Shown piece by piece: positions 25,147 to 33,569 of a stretch of DNA of 39,225 nt. The translations under genes were made by a program, and so were the position numbers. Within the stretch, counting starts at the first letter, position 1. Each line of letters starts with the position of its first letter. The notes beneath the pieces were generated by a model that ran no database searches, was not told where the DNA came from, and saw only the letters and a list, made by a program, of their open reading frames with translations. This DNA comes from Mariprofundaceae bacterium (GTDB lineage: Bacteria > Pseudomonadota > Zetaproteobacteria > Mariprofundales > Mariprofundaceae): positions 1 through 39,225 of the forward strand of contig JAUZQT010000163.1 of NCBI GenBank assembly GCA_030950825.1. Direction: 5' to 3'.

Positions 25147-26112
25147 CTACAGCAATTCTAATTCTCCAGAAATAATGCGTTGCAGGCCATGCTGTGTAGC
25201 AAGCAACAAGGCGCCATCATCATCCAAGGCTTCGGCAAGCCCTTCGATATAGGTACTGCCGTGATGCACACGAACGTTTTGCCCTGATGCCGCATGAGCC
25301 TGCCACCATGCTTGTTGAATCGGGCTAAAGCCTTGCTCAAGATAGATTTGATACCATCTATCCATCGCATTCAACACCGCAGCAGCACATTGCAGGCGGG
25401 ATAGCGCGTATTTGCTATGACTTTGTAAGTCTGTAACCGTTTGTGCTATATCTTTTGGCCAGCCCTGATCAGGCAGTGTGAGATTGATGCCAATGCCAAC
25501 GACGACCGCATGAACCAAGCCTGGTTCAGCGCGCATTTCTGTCAGAATGCCCGATACTTTCGCGCCATGAATCAATAAATCATTGGGCCATTTGATGCGA
25601 ATATGATCACAATATTGGCATAACGCTTGCTGCAAAGCCACTGCCGTCAACAAAGATAATTGAGGTACTTTTTCAGGTGCTAATGGTGGGCGTAATACCA
25701 TGCTAAAAGCCAGCGCATTTTGAACGGTATGCCAAGTACGACCAAGTCGTCCGCGCCCTGCCGTTTGACAATCCGTAAAAATAACGGTGCCTTCAATGGC
25801 CCCTCCTTCAGCTTGGCGCATGGCTTCACGGTTGCTTGAATCAAGCGTCTCAAAATGTTGAATATTTTTACCAATACGAATGTTTTGATGACACTTGGCT
25901 TGCAATGTGCTGGCACTAAAGAAATCATTGCATAGCTGATATCCCAGCCCATTGTGTGCTTGAATATCTGCCCCCAGTTTACGCAAAATATCAATATGCT
26001 TCCAAATCGCCGCACGGGAAAGATTAAGCTCTTGTGCCAATAAATCGCCTGAAATTGGGTTTAAAGAGCCACTTAAACGACCAAGTATGTGCTGACGTGT
26101 TGTGCTTTTCAT
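25147..26112 (-). CDS. birA: Bifunctional biotin--[acetyl-CoA-carboxylase] ligase / biotin operon repressor
   Basis: N-terminal wHTH (ISGDLLAQELNLSRAAIWKHIDILRKLG), ligase motif TAGRGRLGRTW, KWPNDL. Confidence 0.9.
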   Translation of the reverse strand: MKSTTRQHILGRLSGSLNPISGDLLAQELNLSRAAIWKHIDILRKLGADIQAHNGLGYQLCNDFFSASTLQAKCHQNIRIGKNIQHFETLDSSNREAMRQAEGGAIEGTVIFTDCQTAGRGRLGRTWHTVQNALAFSMVLRPPLAPEKVPQLSLLTAVALQQALCQYCDHIRIKWPNDLLIHGAKVSGILTEMRAEPGLVHAVVVGIGINLTLPDQGWPKDIAQTVTDLQSHSKYALSRLQCAAAVLNAMDRWYQIYLEQGFSPIQQAWWQAHAASGQNVRVHHGSTYIEGLAEALDDDGALLLATQHGLQRIISGELELL

Positions 26113-26966
26113 GCCTCGTCGTTGGCTGCATGATGAAGCTTTAATGCCTGCACCCGCATGGATAAATCCAAGCTGGGTGCGGAATGCGTTATCGCACCAA
26201 TAGCAATACGATTCACCCCCGTTGCGGCATAATCACGGGCATTCTGCAAAGTAATATTGCCCGATGCTTCGAGCAAAATAGAGGATGGTACAAGCGGACG
26301 CGCTTTGGCAACCTGCGCTGGTGACATATTATCCAGCAAAATAATATCAGGGCATAAGGCAACGGCTTCTTTTACTTGGGTGAAATTTTCACATTCCACT
26401 TCAACCCAAAGATCCTGATTCTTCTGAAAGCATGCTTGAATGGCTTCACTGATTGAACCACTGGCCTCAATATGATTTTCTTTGATCAACATACCACTTG
26501 CCAGATCCATGCGATGGTTTACACCACCACCATGGACAACGGCCTTTTTTTCCAAAAGCCGCAAGCCTGGTGTTGTTTTACGTGTATCAGCAATCGCACA
26601 ATCAGTGCCATGAACCGATGCAACAAAAGCATGGGTTGCTGTGGCAATGCCGGATAGGTGCTGCATAAAATTAAGCGCTGTACGTTCAGCGGCAAGCAAA
26701 CAACGCAGCCTGCCAGTAAGCTCGACAATCGTATCACCGCTTATAATCGTATCACCATCATTTTTCAACCATATCTGCTGAATGGTTTTATCCATCGTTT
26801 GGAAAACTTGTTGCGCAATGCTACAGCCCGATAATATACCATCGGCCTTGGCCACAATGCGAGCTGTACCGCGTTGAACCTCTAAGATAGTCGCTAAGGC
26901 AGTGTGATCTTCATAAGCCGCATCTTCGGCCAATGCAAGGTCAATTAATGTTTGAATATAAGACAT
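26109..26966 (-). CDS. nadC: Nicotinate-nucleotide diphosphorylase (quinolinate phosphoribosyltransferase)
   Basis: AERTALNFMQHLSGIAT, DTRKTTPGLRLLEKKAV..GGG.NHR, LLDNM. Its stop overlaps the birA start (ATGA). Confidence 0.93.
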   Translation of the reverse strand: MSYIQTLIDLALAEDAAYEDHTALATILEVQRGTARIVAKADGILSGCSIAQQVFQTMDKTIQQIWLKNDGDTIISGDTIVELTGRLRCLLAAERTALNFMQHLSGIATATHAFVASVHGTDCAIADTRKTTPGLRLLEKKAVVHGGGVNHRMDLASGMLIKENHIEASGSISEAIQACFQKNQDLWVEVECENFTQVKEAVALCPDIILLDNMSPAQVAKARPLVPSSILLEASGNITLQNARDYAATGVNRIAIGAITHSAPSLDLSMRVQALKLHHAANDEA

Positions 26967-26975
26967 GCGTCAAGA

Positions 26976-27662
26976 CTACAACAGCCAGAGTATCCAGCCC
27001 ATAGCCAGTATAGCGCATGGTAAATTCCAATAGCTCGGCAATAATGCGCGGCATAACGATGCCGCCATCCCTGCGATAAGCGTCGCAATCAATAGCTGTT
27101 GCCAATTGATACCATGATATAAATGCCCGCTCCAGCTACATAAAAAAGCACTGCTGATGATAAGCCCTATATGCCCCAGTAGTGTTTGTTTGGGGTGCTG
27201 AGGTAGCGCAAGAGAGATATAATGAAGGCGATCCAAGAGTGTTGCCAAAGGAAAAGCAAGGCAGACTGTTAACGCCAGCCCAAAACCAAACTCAGGAATG
27301 CTTTGGAAAATAATAACGGCAATCGTAAGTGCCAATATAAACGCCAAAATAGCCCATGGGGGGCGACGTTTCGTATCTTTGAATCCACCCCAAATAGTGT
27401 GCAGATACTGCCAAAACAGTTGTTTGAAAATATGGCTACATAATGCCATGATGCTTAAAATAGCCATTGGAAAATACAGCCATGCGGCTTGTGTATAAAC
27501 AGGCCATAGCAATACCCAGATAGCAAACAACGGCATACTGCTTTGCCAAATATGATTCGGTGCAACACCGCGCTTGGCAAGCATCAAAGATACCCACAGC
27601 AATTGAGCCAAGCCCAGTACAAACAGCATGCTTATCATGTGATCGACATTTATCTCAAACAT
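26976..27662 (-). CDS. Polytopic inner-membrane protein, unknown function (weak resemblance to polyprenol/phytol kinase-type proteins)
   Basis: Six to seven hydrophobic helices and a KQTLLGHIGLIISS segment. Lies 9 nt upstream of nadC on the same strand. Confidence 0.55.
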   Translation of the reverse strand: MFEINVDHMISMLFVLGLAQLLWVSLMLAKRGVAPNHIWQSSMPLFAIWVLLWPVYTQAAWLYFPMAILSIMALCSHIFKQLFWQYLHTIWGGFKDTKRRPPWAILAFILALTIAVIIFQSIPEFGFGLALTVCLAFPLATLLDRLHYISLALPQHPKQTLLGHIGLIISSAFLCSWSGHLYHGINWQQLLIATLIAGMAASLCRALLPSYWNLPCAILAMGWILWLL

Positions 27663-27774
27663 GTCTGCACGCTAGGAGGCAGTCAGGCTTAGCACAAGCA
27701 GCTGAGAATAAAATATGGATCGATTTATTTTGCAAAAAAAAAAGGGTGATCAGATAGAAAAATACGCCACGACA

Positions 27775-27800
27775 TAAAAAAGCGGAGCCGAAGCCCCGCT
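27775..27800 (-). terminator. Rho-independent terminator of pnp
   Basis: Minus strand AGCGGGGC-TTCG-GCTCCGCT followed by TTTTTT, 68 nt after the pnp stop. Confidence 0.75.
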
Positions 27801-27808
27801 TTTGTATT

Positions 27809-27829
27809 TAGCCTGAATTATTCAGGTTA
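27809..27829. repeat. Short palindrome sharing the terminal sequence of the 5822-5993 element
   Basis: TAGCCTGAATTATTCAGGTTA. Compare the termini CTAGCCTGAATATTCA / TGAATTATTCAGGCTAG at 5822-5993. Confidence 0.5.
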
Positions 27830-27867
27830 GATAGCGAAAAGAATGAACACAGTGATCTGTTAAATAG

Positions 27868-29964
27868 TTATGACTGTTCAATCAAAGCTTTCATGGACAA
27901 ACGAATCTTACCGCTACGATCCACTTCCAAGACTTTCACTTTCACAATCGCACCTTCTTCAAGTTCATCAGCAACTTTCTCAACACGTTTATGCGCAATT
28001 TGAGAGATATGCACCAAGCCGTCAGTATTGCCCATGATGCGAACAAATGCACCGAAATCCATAATCTTTACAACTTTCCCTTCATAAATCGCGCCGACTT
28101 CAACTTCAGCCACAAGATCTTCAATCATTTTCTTCGCAGCTTCACCAGCATCGCTGGTCACCGCAAAGATAGTGATGGTACCATCATCCGCAATATCAAC
28201 TTTAGCACCAGTTTCTTCAACAATACCGCGAATCACTTTACCACCAGCGCCAATGACTTCGCGAATTTTGTCCGTTTTGATTTTCATGCTAAACATACGC
28301 GGCGCATGATCGGCAACAGAGCCGCGTGCCTCAATCATACATTTCGCCATTTCGTCCAAAATATGCATACGGCCAGCATTGGATTGCGCCAAGGCTTCCT
28401 TCATGATTTCACGTGTCAGGCCACCAATTTTGATGTCCAACTGCAAGGTAGTAACACCATCAGCAGTACCCGCTACTTTAAAGTCCATATCACCAAGATG
28501 ATCTTCATCACCCAGAATATCAGACAATACCGCATAGCCATCGGATTCAAGAATCAGAACCATGGCAATACCAGCAACGGGAGATTTCACAGGCACACCT
28601 GCATCCATCAATGCCAAGGAAGTGCCACATACAGAGGCCATGGATGAAGAACCATTGGATTCGGTGATTTCGGACACCGCACGAATCGCATAGCCAAAAT
28701 CTTCCATGCTTGGCAAAATGCCTTCAACACCACGTTTAGCAAGCCTGCCATGACCAATCTCACGACGACCAGGAGGGCCGAAGCGACGGGCTTCACCCAC
28801 AGAGTACGGGGGGAAGTTGTAGTGCAGCATAAAGCGCTGCTTCGTGACACCTTCCAAGTTTTCAGTTGTTTGCATATCAGATTCGGTACCCAAAGTAATG
28901 GTCACCAAAGCCTGTGTTTCGCCGCGTGTAAACAGTGCGGAACCATGGGTGCGTGGTAATACGCCAACCTGACAATCAATGGCGCGCACATCCGTTGTTG
29001 CACGGCCATCAATACGCGGGTTGCCATCAATAATGGAGCGACGAACCACGCTCTTTTCTAGATTTTTCACGGCTGAAGTGACATCATTGCTGGAGAACGC
29101 ACCCTGATTTTCTTCTGTACCTGCAAATTGTTCTTGTGCCGCAGCACGGAGCGCTTCGATTTTTGCCGAACGCGCAGACTTATCAACTGTGCCATAAGCT
29201 TCACGAACATCCGCTTCAAAGGCAGTATTCACTGCGTCTTGAACATTCGCATTACCCGCCAACTCCACAACAAGCTTCTCTTTTCCTGCCTCTTTAACCA
29301 ATGCTTCAATGGCATCGATGACGGGTGCATAACCTTCCTGACCAAAGATAATAGCATCGATCATTTGCTCTTCAGAAAGCTCTTTGGCTTCAGATTCAAT
29401 CATCAATACCGCATCGCGTGTACCTGCGACCACCAAATCAAGTGCAGCGTTTTCCATTTGCGCATAAGTTGGATTCAATACGAATTCGCCATCAATCAAA
29501 GCAACGCGTGATGCCGCGATTGGCTCTGCAAATGGTATGTCAGAGATAGCCAATGCCGCAGATACGCCATTAATGGCAACAATATCAGGATTATTGTCTT
29601 CATCGGCAGAAATGACAGTCGCAATGACTTGTGTTTCGTGGAAGTAGCCTTTTGGAAACAATGGGCGAATTGGACGATCGATCAAACGTGATGTTAGTGT
29701 TTCTTTTTCAGATGGGCGACCTTCACGCTTTAGAAAACCACCCAAAAAGCGGCCAGCGGCATAGGTTTTTTCTTGATAGTGCACAGTCAAAGGCATGAAA
29801 TCCACGCCCTGCAATGGTGTTTTAGCGGCTGTTGCTGCCACATGAACAATCACATCACCATATTGTGCCATAATAGAGCCGCCGGCTTGTCGTGCAATAC
29901 GACCCGTTTCAAAACTCATTTCGCGATCAGCGACAGTCGCTTTGCTTGTTTTAATATTAAACAT
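27868..29964 (-). CDS. pnp: Polynucleotide phosphorylase
   Basis: Two RNase PH domains, KH (GAGGKVIRGI) and S1 (GKVVKIMDFGAFV) domains. ~700 aa. Confidence 0.96.
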   Translation of the reverse strand: MFNIKTSKATVADREMSFETGRIARQAGGSIMAQYGDVIVHVAATAAKTPLQGVDFMPLTVHYQEKTYAAGRFLGGFLKREGRPSEKETLTSRLIDRPIRPLFPKGYFHETQVIATVISADEDNNPDIVAINGVSAALAISDIPFAEPIAASRVALIDGEFVLNPTYAQMENAALDLVVAGTRDAVLMIESEAKELSEEQMIDAIIFGQEGYAPVIDAIEALVKEAGKEKLVVELAGNANVQDAVNTAFEADVREAYGTVDKSARSAKIEALRAAAQEQFAGTEENQGAFSSNDVTSAVKNLEKSVVRRSIIDGNPRIDGRATTDVRAIDCQVGVLPRTHGSALFTRGETQALVTITLGTESDMQTTENLEGVTKQRFMLHYNFPPYSVGEARRFGPPGRREIGHGRLAKRGVEGILPSMEDFGYAIRAVSEITESNGSSSMASVCGTSLALMDAGVPVKSPVAGIAMVLILESDGYAVLSDILGDEDHLGDMDFKVAGTADGVTTLQLDIKIGGLTREIMKEALAQSNAGRMHILDEMAKCMIEARGSVADHAPRMFSMKIKTDKIREVIGAGGKVIRGIVEETGAKVDIADDGTITIFAVTSDAGEAAKKMIEDLVAEVEVGAIYEGKVVKIMDFGAFVRIMGNTDGLVHISQIAHKRVEKVADELEEGAIVKVKVLEVDRSGKIRLSMKALIEQS

Positions 29965-30057
29965 TGTCTTCCTTTATCAATGGCATACAAGCTTTCTCAT
30001 ATGCTTATTTTTTTTAAACGCATGCTCATAACTGGGGAAAAGGAAATCGAAAGAAAA

Positions 30058-30089
30058 ACGGCTCCTGCTTAATGAAAAACAGGAGCCGC
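30058..30089 (-). terminator. rpsO terminator / pnp leader hairpin
   Basis: Minus strand GCGGCTCCTG-12 nt-CAGGAGCCGT followed by TTTTC. Lies in the rpsO-pnp spacer, as in the classical rpsO-pnp arrangement. Confidence 0.7.
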
Positions 30090-30107
30090 TTTTAAACAAC
30101 TCAGTGC

Positions 30108-30377
30108 TTAGCGACGCAGGCCAAGCTTTTCAATCAATGCACGATACCGACCAAAATCTTTACCTTTTAGGTATTTCAGAAGATTACGGCGACGACCAAC
30201 CATTTTCAAAAGACCACGACGTGAATGGTGATCCTTATGGGTATCGTTAAAGTGACCACTTAAGCCATTGATACGTGCAGTGAGCAATGCCACCTGTACT
30301 TCAGGTGAGCCAGTGTCACCTTCTTTGATTGCAAATTCAGCAATGATGTCGTTTTTCTTTTCCACAGCTAGAGACAT
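30108..30377 (-). CDS. rpsO: 30S ribosomal protein S15
   Basis: [19 protein letters not shown]...[12 protein letters not shown] is canonical S15. Confidence 0.96.
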   Translation of the reverse strand: MSLAVEKKNDIIAEFAIKEGDTGSPEVQVALLTARINGLSGHFNDTHKDHHSRRGLLKMVGRRRNLLKYLKGKDFGRYRALIEKLGLRR

Positions 30378-30457
30378 GATTATTCCTTGTTTTCATTTTA
30401 TTAACATTCAACCCAGATGAACATGCGGAACACATCGAACTCCAGAATTGAACGTGC

Positions 30458-30486
30458 ATTTTAACCAGGTCAATAGCACAAGTCAA
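30458..30486 (-). promoter_or_regulatory. Sigma-70-type promoter for rpsO-pnp
   Basis: Minus strand TTGACT, 17 nt, TAAAAT, ~80 nt upstream of the rpsO ATG. Confidence 0.55.
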
Positions 30487-30558
30487 AAAGCATGGTAGAA
30501 TCAGTGGCTATTTGAATAGCTATAGGATATTTTTAGATATGCGTATAGTGACACTTTA

Positions 30559-31839
30559 TCAAACAATCATTCCAGCGCCAACTGTATTATTGGTAAAGCC
30601 ATCAATAATAATAAAGCTGCCTGTCACCCGATTGTCTGCATACGGATCACAACAGAGGGGTTGTTGTAACTTAAATGTGACTTGTCCAATTTCGTTCATC
30701 GCCAAAGCAGTCGCTTCTTCCCGTTCAAGTGAGTGAATGTCGCGTTTAAAGTTCACTTCAGACACCAGTGCCTTCACCTGCGTGGTGGTATGTTTGATGA
30801 TGTATTTCTTGCGATTTTCCAATGCCTCATCACCAATCCAGCATACATTGGCAGTCAATTGTTTCTCGCCTGTTGTCTGCTCGCCAGCATGAACCAACAT
30901 ATCACCGCGCGAAATATCAATGTTATCATTCAACGTAATCGTGATACTTTGAGGTGAAAAGGCCTCTTCCAAATTACCATCAAAGGCAACAATTTCTTTC
31001 ACTGTTGAAGTTTTTCCAGAAGGCATCACCACCAATGAATCTCCCACCTTCACGGTTCCTGATGCAATGGTACCCATAAAGCCGCGATAATCAGGCAAAT
31101 CAGCTGTTTGTGGGCGATTGACCAATTGCACAGGCATACGGAATGGCTTTTCATCCAGATCATCCAAAACGGACATGGATTCCAAGGTTTCAAGCAAGGT
31201 GTCACCCTTATACCAGTCCATCTTATCACCGCGAATGGTCACCATATCACCCGTTAGTGCGGACATGGGTGTGCAAATCAAGTCTTTAATACCTTGCTTG
31301 GCGCAATATTCCTGCATTTCTTTACGAATTTTTTCAAACGCTGCTTGATCATAGTCAACCAAATCCATTTTATTGATCGCAACGATCAAATGAGGAATAC
31401 CCAACAAACCCAAAATGTGGGTATGACGTTTGGTTTGTGGCAAGACACCATGACGTGCATCAATCAAAATAATTGCTGCATTGGCAGTCGATGAGCCTGT
31501 CACCATATTACGTGTGTATTGCTCATGGCCTGGGCAATCCGCCATAATAAATTTACGTTTGGGAGTGGCAAAATAGCGGTATGCCACATCGATGGTGATG
31601 CCCTGCTCGCGCTCAGCAGCGAGGCCATCGGTCAACATCGCCAAATCAATTTCAGCAGCAGAAGACACATGCGTTGTACCTTTTTTCTTGCGCACAGCCA
31701 TCAATTGATCTTCAAATGCGCCTTTGGTATCAACAAGCAAACGGCCAATCAAAGTAGACTTACCATCATCCACACTGCCCACCGTAACCAAACGCAATAA
31801 TTCGATTTCTTTTGTTAGTTCAAAGTTAAATTCAGTCAT
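30559..31839 (-). CDS. cysN: Sulfate adenylyltransferase subunit 1 (GTPase), without a fused APS kinase domain
   Basis: GSVDDGKSTLIGRLL, DCPGHEQY and NKMD motifs. Ends after EF-Tu-like domain III. Start moved to ATG 31839 (MTEFNF...). Confidence 0.93.
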   Translation of the reverse strand: MTEFNFELTKEIELLRLVTVGSVDDGKSTLIGRLLVDTKGAFEDQLMAVRKKKGTTHVSSAAEIDLAMLTDGLAAEREQGITIDVAYRYFATPKRKFIMADCPGHEQYTRNMVTGSSTANAAIILIDARHGVLPQTKRHTHILGLLGIPHLIVAINKMDLVDYDQAAFEKIRKEMQEYCAKQGIKDLICTPMSALTGDMVTIRGDKMDWYKGDTLLETLESMSVLDDLDEKPFRMPVQLVNRPQTADLPDYRGFMGTIASGTVKVGDSLVVMPSGKTSTVKEIVAFDGNLEEAFSPQSITITLNDNIDISRGDMLVHAGEQTTGEKQLTANVCWIGDEALENRKKYIIKHTTTQVKALVSEVNFKRDIHSLEREEATALAMNEIGQVTFKLQQPLCCDPYADNRVTGSFIIIDGFTNNTVGAGMIV

Positions 31840-31858
31840 TTGCAAACCCCATTTGCAC

Positions 31859-31884
31859 CGCTGAGGACGCTGAGGACGCTGAGA
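31859..31884. repeat. Tandem 9-mer (CGCTGAGGA x 2.9) in the cysD-cysN spacer
   Basis: CGCTGAGGACGCTGAGGACGCTGAGA read directly from the sequence. Confidence 0.9.
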
Positions 31885-31925
31885 AAACTCTCTGCGACCT
31901 TTGCGAACTCTGTGGTTAAAAAATT

Positions 31926-32840
31926 TTAGAAATACCCTTCTTTTTTCTTATCTTCCATTGAGTTTGAGCCGTGATCAATGATTCGTGTTTCACGCTCGGA
32001 ACGACGCGCTGCGGCGGCTTCAATCACAATTTCATCCATATTCGTTGCATCCGAGCGCACCGCACCCGTACACGGACTACAGCCCAAGGTGCGGAAACGC
32101 GACATAATCATCTTCGGCGCTTCACCCTCAAGCAATTGATCCTTATTTTCTTCGTAATAAGGAATCAACATCTCACCACGCTCAATCATCGGACGTTCTT
32201 TGGCAAAATAAAGCGGCACAATGGGAATATTTTCATCGCGGATATACGACCAAATATCCATTTCTGTCCAATTTGAAATCGGGAATACACGTACCGATTC
32301 ACCATCATGAATACGACCATTATAAATGTTCCACAATTCAGGGCGTTGATTCTTTGGATCCCACTGACCAAATTCATCACGCATAGAAAACACACGTTCC
32401 TTGGCACGTGATTTTTCTTCATCACGTCGCGCCCCACCAAACGCCGCATCATAACCACCTTCTTCCAATGACTTCAGCAAAGCACCTGTTTTCAATGCAC
32501 CACAACAACGCGCCACACCAAACTCTTTTGGATTCATACCCTTGGCAATGGCATCTTCATTACGTTTCACAATCAAATCTGCACCAATCTCTTCGCAAAA
32601 CGCATCACGAAATTCATACATTTCTTTGAATTTAAACCCTGTATCCACATGCAGCAAAGAAAAAGGCAAGGGTGCAGGATAAAACGCCTTGCGCGCAAGA
32701 TGAACAAGCACGCTCGAATCCTTACCAACTGAATACAGCATCACAGGATTGCGAAATTCGGCCACAACTTCACGGATAATGTGAATGGATTCAGCCTCCA
32801 GTGCCTTCAGCTGTGTTAATTTATGTTTTGACATTTTCAT
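31926..32840 (-). CDS. cysD: Sulfate adenylyltransferase subunit 2
   Basis: PAPS-reductase-fold ATP pyrophosphatase: [39 protein letters not shown]. Confidence 0.95.
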   Translation of the reverse strand: MKMSKHKLTQLKALEAESIHIIREVVAEFRNPVMLYSVGKDSSVLVHLARKAFYPAPLPFSLLHVDTGFKFKEMYEFRDAFCEEIGADLIVKRNEDAIAKGMNPKEFGVARCCGALKTGALLKSLEEGGYDAAFGGARRDEEKSRAKERVFSMRDEFGQWDPKNQRPELWNIYNGRIHDGESVRVFPISNWTEMDIWSYIRDENIPIVPLYFAKERPMIERGEMLIPYYEENKDQLLEGEAPKMIMSRFRTLGCSPCTGAVRSDATNMDEIVIEAAAARRSERETRIIDHGSNSMEDKKKEGYF

Positions 32841-32846
32841 AGACTC

Positions 32847-33569
32847 CTAAATTCCATCTCCAGATTCTCCTTCACCTTTCGGGGCTTTTAGCGAACTCAC
32901 ATGCAGACCGCACTCTGCTAAAGTGTCTTTATTTTCCCACCACCAACGACCAGCACGCGGGTCTTCACCCATGCTAATTGCCCGTGTGCACGGCTCACAA
33001 CCAATGGACACATAGAACGCATCATGCAATTTATTGTATGGCAAATCATGTTCACGAATATATGCCCATACATCTTTTTCTGTCCAATTGCGCATTGGAT
33101 TATATTTTTTCAAGCCATACACAGGGTCATCTTCCACAGGCGCAATATCACCACGGTTTTTCGCTTGATCTTTACGCCGCCCCGTTATCCACGCTTCCAT
33201 GCCATGTAATGCTTTTTTCAAAGGCTGAACCTTGCGCACTTGACAACATAGCTTTCGATTTTCCACGGATTTCTGGAATAAATTCACACCATACTCGTGT
33301 ACCATGGCCTGCACCGCACCCGCATCTGGAAAAAGAATATGCAACATATTGCCATAACGCTCACGTAGCGCATCCATTAAATCATACGTTGGCTGTGGTA
33401 AACGACCTGTATCCAATGTCACAATGCGAATGTCCAAATTATAACGACAAATCAGGTCAATCAATACAATACCTTGCGAGCCCAAGCTGCATGAATACAC
33501 CAACTTATCGCCATGCTTATCCTTGGCTTCTTGTAGTAAGGTCACTGCCTCATCCATCAAAAGCTTCAT
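32847..33569 (-). CDS. cysH: Adenylyl-sulfate (APS) reductase, thioredoxin-dependent, Fe-S type
   Basis: SCSLGSQG P-loop-like motif and catalytic ECGLH. The Cys-Cys...CXXC set (KLCCQVRK, GCEPCT) distinguishes APS reductases from PAPS reductases. Start placed at ATG 33569, which overlaps the upstream stop (ATGA). Confidence 0.88.
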   Translation of the reverse strand: MKLLMDEAVTLLQEAKDKHGDKLVYSCSLGSQGIVLIDLICRYNLDIRIVTLDTGRLPQPTYDLMDALRERYGNMLHILFPDAGAVQAMVHEYGVNLFQKSVENRKLCCQVRKVQPLKKALHGMEAWITGRRKDQAKNRGDIAPVEDDPVYGLKKYNPMRNWTEKDVWAYIREHDLPYNKLHDAFYVSIGCEPCTRAISMGEDPRAGRWWWENKDTLAECGLHVSSLKAPKGEGESGDGI

